DNA of 54,064 nucleotides, counting the filler, from Candidatus Babeliales bacterium (GTDB lineage: Bacteria > Babelota > Babeliae > Babelales > JABCYS01): the NCBI GenBank assembly GCA_016929235.1. It is 3 parts of 3 records of this genome, joined end to end, with 100 filler letters (N's around TTAATTAATTAA, not from the genome) between each part and the next. Parts side by side here need not be neighbours in the genome. Positions count along the whole stretch, not along the records: positions 49,712 to 54,064 come from JAFGJD010000008.1; 2 more parts are not named here. One strand, given 5' to 3'. Positions within the stretch are counted from its first letter, which is position 1; every line of letters begins with the position of its first letter. Below are positions 49,952-54,064 of the stretch, one piece after another. Under the pieces are notes generated by a model that was not told the origin of the DNA, did not search any database, and worked only from the letters and a program-made list of their open reading frames with translations. The position numbers and the translations under genes are program-made.

Positions 49952-50356
49952 TTAAAAGCCTTCTTGGTCAGAGTCATCGCCAGCAAACGCCCAGCCAACA
50001 CGCGGTTCAGGACGTCTAGTAAAGATATTGTCAGCACCATCTTCAGCGGACACAATTGTACATGCTGCCTCAACAGACCCTTCGGCGCCATCGTTACTCG
50101 AATGCAAGCTTGCCCGCCATCCAGGATGAAAGTTATGCAATGGCAATCCCAGCCGATTCCAATCTAACTTAGACTTCGAAACGCTGTGAGCTACTACGGC
50201 TGCAGCACACACCACAGCACCTCCACCTGCTAACCAATACCTGGAAAAAAACGGATATGCCGCATCCTGTTCCTTAGAAACCACGTGTTGCGACTCCGCA
50301 CAAATTGGCACCATAACCATAAGACTCAAAATAAAGAGCAAACTTCTGCTGTTCAT
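49952..50356 (-). CDS. Hypothetical protein: signal peptide, one TM segment, acidic tail
   Basis: GGGGG RBS before MNSRSLLFILSLMVMVPICA; internal WLAGGGAVVCAAAVVA. Confidence 0.65.
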   Translation of the reverse strand: MNSRSLLFILSLMVMVPICAESQHVVSKEQDAAYPFFSRYWLAGGGAVVCAAAVVAHSVSKSKLDWNRLGLPLHNFHPGWRASLHSSNDGAEGSVEAACTIVSAEDGADNIFTRRPEPRVGWAFAGDDSDQEGF

Positions 50357-50387
50357 ATAAACCCCCATGATGTATTTTAATACAGCG

Positions 50388-50786
50388 TTAATCAACCTCT
50401 TCTTCCACTGGGAACTCCAATGGAAACGCTCTCCTTTCATCAGCTGATTCATATTCTCCATCAGCATCACTTCCAGAGTCTTCAGCGGCCACTTTCAAAT
50501 CGTAGCAACGGCTTTCTCGCCTTAGCCCTCTTTCTGGATCTTCATCTGCACTTCTAGCAGTAAGGTTTTTTACTTTTGCACATCTTGCATTACAACGCCA
50601 TTTCAATATAAAGAGTGCAACAACTGTCAATCCGCCACTCACACCTGCCCACCATGAACCAGAATTAGTAGAACGTTTTATCTCATGCTCTGAACGCGCA
50701 GAGCGAGGAGGAAGAGCATTCACTGATACTGCTATGAGACAACTAAGGGCGAAAAGAAGATGTTTGAAGGACATAAAACCCTTCAT
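50388..50786 (-). CDS. Hypothetical protein: signal peptide, one TM segment, acidic tail
   Basis: MSFKHLLFALSCLIAVSVNA signal; WWAGVSGGLTVVALFIL TM. Start at 50786 or 50774, abutting the rplM stop. Confidence 0.65.
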   Translation of the reverse strand: MKGFMSFKHLLFALSCLIAVSVNALPPRSARSEHEIKRSTNSGSWWAGVSGGLTVVALFILKWRCNARCAKVKNLTARSADEDPERGLRRESRCYDLKVAAEDSGSDADGEYESADERRAFPLEFPVEEEVD

Positions 50787-51208
50787 TATTTGATATGGGC
50801 CTGATGTGGATGCTTTGATCCTGCATAGACTTTGAGCTTCTTGAATATTTGCCGGCTCAATTTATTTTTAGGAAGCATACCTCTGACTGCAGCTTCAATG
50901 ATTCTACGCGGATCTTTTTCCATAACCTGCTTCGCGGTCAATTCCTTAAGTCCCCCGATCCAGCCGCTGTAGGATGAGTAAATTTTCTTATCTAGTTTTT
51001 TACCAGTGAGCTTTACTTTTTCAGCATTGATCACGACTACATAATCCCCAGAGTCAGTGTGCGGAGTAAAAGTCGCTTCATCCTTGCCACGTAATTTATC
51101 TGCAATATCAGTAGCCAACCTGCCGAGAACCTGATCAGTTGCGTCGATCAAATGCCATTGAGGGTCTCTCGCTTCTTTCTTGAGGAAAAATGTCTTGTTA
51201 AAATCCAC
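50786..51208 (-). CDS. rplM: 50S ribosomal protein L13
   Basis: WHLIDA...LGRLA....LRGK...FTPH.D.GDYVVVINA, VRGMLPKN, LKVYAG..HPH. Confidence 0.98.
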   Translation of the reverse strand: MDFNKTFFLKKEARDPQWHLIDATDQVLGRLATDIADKLRGKDEATFTPHTDSGDYVVVINAEKVKLTGKKLDKKIYSSYSGWIGGLKELTAKQVMEKDPRRIIEAAVRGMLPKNKLSRQIFKKLKVYAGSKHPHQAHIK

Positions 51209-51406
51209 AGTCTATCCTTACACACTCTGCCCATCGGGCTGATTGGAAACATCAATTTTTTTACTACGTGAACGGGATATCAAAATTGTACGGATAAATT
51301 CGAAGTAGGTCAAACAGTGCCCTAGACGCCAAACCTTCTCATCCCAACCCCAATCGTGCTATGATAAGGCCCGTTCCATATACTTTTTTATTACAAAGGA
51401 TACCTT

Positions 51407-53008
51407 ATGCAGATGTCATGGCCCGTCTTGTTACCACCGCTGATCACCCTCACTCTCGCGGTAGCATCACAACGGATCATCCCTGCCCTTTTGAGTGGCA
51501 TCATTACCGCATGCTTCCTAGTGACCAACTTCAATCCCCTGGCAACACTCACTAAGACCATTACAAGCATCTGGGAAACATCACAAATTGGTAATATTCC
51601 TTATTATGACCGCCCACATGAAACCATCCTTCTGTTCGCATTTCTTACCATGCTCAGTATTGCAATATCATTAATTTCACATTCCGGGGGAGCGCATGCA
51701 TTTGGGGCACTCCTCACCAAACACCTTAATTCAAAAAAGGACGTTGAAAAAGCATCGATCTTTCTTTCGTTGGGACTCTTTGTTGATGACTACCTCAGCA
51801 ACCTAACAGTCGGCAATGTCATGCGTCCTATCGCAAGTAAGTTCAACGTTGCTCGTGTAAAACTCGCCTACCTGGTCAACTCACTCGCCGCACCACTTGT
51901 ACTGATCAATCCTGTTTCTAGCTGGGTTGTTCCTCTTGTTGCACAATTGGATGCAGCTGGGATCAATCTTGAGCCCGGAGCACAAATATACGCTAGTCCT
52001 TTCACCGTCTACATCAACGTCATACCTTACATCTTTTATTCGTTTGTTCTGTTTGCATCGGTGCTGTTTGTGGTTAATAAAAACATTTCGTTTGGTCTAA
52101 TGAAAGAACATGAAGATCGTGCAAAAAAAGACGGCAACTTATGCGGTGGAAAGCCAGAGTTGCGCACCAAAAGTGAATTGGGTCATATCAAAAAGGAGAG
52201 CGTTCTTGATTTTGCATTACCAATGATCACTCTGATTGGAGGGGCTTTGGTCGGTATTTTATATACCGGCAATTTTTATCTGTTTGGCGGAACGCGTAGC
52301 TTTGGTGCAGCATTTCAAAACGGGAACATTCCTCAGTCACTATTTATCGCCAGCATAGTCAGCGTACTGGTCCTGTGCGCAAGCATCATCATCCGAAAAA
52401 CAATATCAATCAAAAACATGTCTGCTGCAATGCGCGAAGGGTTTACCTCTATCATGCCATCACTCACAATGCTCTGCCTTGCCTGGACGTTGAGTGGGTT
52501 GCTTGCCAATGATCTCAAAACAGGAAACTACATTGCATCATTGCTTGTTGGTGCCATGAATATGACATTCCTCTTGCCACTCTTTTTCGTGGTGTCATTG
52601 TTGATCACCATTGCAGTTGGCTCGTCATGGGGTGCTATGTCATTAATGACTGCACTTGCAATACCGATGGTTCTCTCATTCATGCAGGCCCCTGAAGGTT
52701 CATTACTTGACCAGGTCATGCTAATCATTCCTGTCATTGGTAGTATCTTTTCTGGAGCCATTGCAGGTAACACTATCGCACCAATTGCCGATGCAACGAT
52801 CATGGCATCAAACTCGACCGGCACCTATCACATGGATCACGTTAAGACGCAGTTTACTTACAGCATTCCACCGTTGATTGGAACATTCTGTGGTTATCTC
52901 ATACTAGGCATCCTCAAGACCACATCATTTACTCACTGCATGATCGGTTTGAGTTCGGGGATTTTAATATCTTTTATTGTATTAATGATACTGAATACAC
53001 GACGTTAA
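51407..53008 (+). CDS. NhaC-family Na+/H+ antiporter-like transporter
   Basis: LLPPL, SGGA.AF, FVDDY, GSSWGAM, SGAIAGN.IAPIADATIMAS...HMDHVKTQ. Confidence 0.9.
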   Translation: MQMSWPVLLPPLITLTLAVASQRIIPALLSGIITACFLVTNFNPLATLTKTITSIWETSQIGNIPYYDRPHETILLFAFLTMLSIAISLISHSGGAHAFGALLTKHLNSKKDVEKASIFLSLGLFVDDYLSNLTVGNVMRPIASKFNVARVKLAYLVNSLAAPLVLINPVSSWVVPLVAQLDAAGINLEPGAQIYASPFTVYINVIPYIFYSFVLFASVLFVVNKNISFGLMKEHEDRAKKDGNLCGGKPELRTKSELGHIKKESVLDFALPMITLIGGALVGILYTGNFYLFGGTRSFGAAFQNGNIPQSLFIASIVSVLVLCASIIIRKTISIKNMSAAMREGFTSIMPSLTMLCLAWTLSGLLANDLKTGNYIASLLVGAMNMTFLLPLFFVVSLLITIAVGSSWGAMSLMTALAIPMVLSFMQAPEGSLLDQVMLIIPVIGSIFSGAIAGNTIAPIADATIMASNSTGTYHMDHVKTQFTYSIPPLIGTFCGYLILGILKTTSFTHCMIGLSSGILISFIVLMILNTRR

Positions 53009-54063
53009 GATTGACTCTCAAACTCGTTGCGATTACGTATCCATTCTTGAATAGTATCTCCATCTGACGGAAGATCTGCGCTTAAACACACTACAGCATC
53101 TCCGCCCATCATATAGTTATCTTCAATACGCACACCAAGCTGTTCGTCCGGAATATAAATACCAGGCTCGATGGTAAAAACATCACCTTTACGCAGTGGA
53201 ATCATTCGATCCCCAACATCGTGAACATCTAAGCCAAGAAAATGTCCAATGTTGTGTGGTAGATACTGCGCATAGCCACGCTCTTGTAAAAACGCAAGAG
53301 CGCGATGATGCAGTGACTGCTCCTGTTGGTTAGGATTGGATAGCCACATGCCAGGCTTGGCTATATCTACAACATACGCCTGTGTATCTAACACAATGTC
53401 ATAAATCTCACGTTGCCGTTTCGTGAACATGCCTGAAACAGGATATGTTCGTGTTAAATCGGCACAGTAATAGTTGTACTCCGCACCAATGTCTACAACG
53501 ACAAGATCACCAGAAGACATCTCTCTTTGGTTCGCATCGTAATGTAATACTGTTGAGTTGAAACCACTGGCAACGATACTTGGATACGCAGGTCGTTGTG
53601 CACCCGCTTCGGTAAAAATATATTCGATTGCAGCCTGTACTTGATACTCATATACGTTGGATGCAATAACATGTGCCGCAGCTTCGTGTGCCATGGCAGT
53701 AATTTCAATCGCTTTAAACAACTGCTCTAATTCGCGCATATCTTTTGTGCGACGTAGATCAGCAACAATCTCACTGACATCATTCCATCGTAATTCGGGA
53801 GCAAACGATGCAAGTTGTGCAAGTAAATGACGCTGTTCGATATAACCTCGTTTTGCATCGGGACATAACGTATATAATAACCCTCTGGCTGCTACGGTTG
53901 CATTAATACGATCAAGCAGATGGATAACATCATCTTGTGAAAAAAAGGGAGTAAACTGATAACCTGCACATTGTTTTCCAAGATATGCTACATCATCAAT
54001 ACCCGCATTATGGGCTTGTTGACGCAAGGTCTCTAAACTCACGCCAGTCCATTTAGCACGTTC
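53005..54063 (-). CDS. pepP: Xaa-Pro aminopeptidase (M24B), N-terminus outside the window
   Basis: YPSIVASG.NS.VLHY, VDIGAE..YYCADLTRT, HNIGHFLGLDVHD, TIEPGIY, GVRIED. Frame stays open upstream of 54042 (ERAKWTG). Confidence 0.93.
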   Translation of the reverse strand, partial: ERAKWTGVSLETLRQQAHNAGIDDVAYLGKQCAGYQFTPFFSQDDVIHLLDRINATVAARGLLYTLCPDAKRGYIEQRHLLAQLASFAPELRWNDVSEIVADLRRTKDMRELEQLFKAIEITAMAHEAAAHVIASNVYEYQVQAAIEYIFTEAGAQRPAYPSIVASGFNSTVLHYDANQREMSSGDLVVVDIGAEYNYYCADLTRTYPVSGMFTKRQREIYDIVLDTQAYVVDIAKPGMWLSNPNQQEQSLHHRALAFLQERGYAQYLPHNIGHFLGLDVHDVGDRMIPLRKGDVFTIEPGIYIPDEQLGVRIEDNYMMGGDAVVCLSADLPSDGDTIQEWIRNRNEFESQS

Positions 54064-54064
54064 G

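Overview
Three contig pieces (1-21702, 21803-49611, 49712-54064) joined by artificial 100-nt linkers (N44-TTAATTAATTAA-N44). The DNA is from a gene-dense bacterial chromosome. Gene content (tandem Npt/TLC nucleotide translocases, membrane pyrophosphatase, Tol system, many short signal-peptide orphan proteins, scrambled ribosomal operons) suggests a host-dependent intracellular bacterium, most likely Ca. Dependentiae/Babelota (TM6); this is an inference, not a database result. Most of the window is housekeeping: rnhB, rpsF, rpsR, truA, AlaX, gpmI, rsmE, tsaB, ruvX, murE, hppA, GH3, pgi, tkt, lon, rpsB, dnaX, der, hpf, dsbD, cca, tolQRAB, ftsH, suhB, rpmB, rpsT, rplM, NhaC, pepP, tRNA-Ser(GGA) and tRNA-Ala(GGC). 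I saw no CRISPR, integrase, transposase or prophage. The most notable items are: a 624-codon secreted coiled-coil/LRR-like gene interrupted by one in-frame TAG; a group of secreted coiled-coil orphan proteins (candidate effectors); an apparently non-cleavable LexA/CI-like regulator; a HAS-barrel-like gene coupled to rnhB that the ORF track missed; a terminator-like hairpin in the leader of the nucleotide translocase pair; a probable Na+-based bioenergetic set; a degenerate ComEC remnant; and two membrane-anchored orphans in place of rpsI after rplM. I cannot claim a complete new system from sequence alone.
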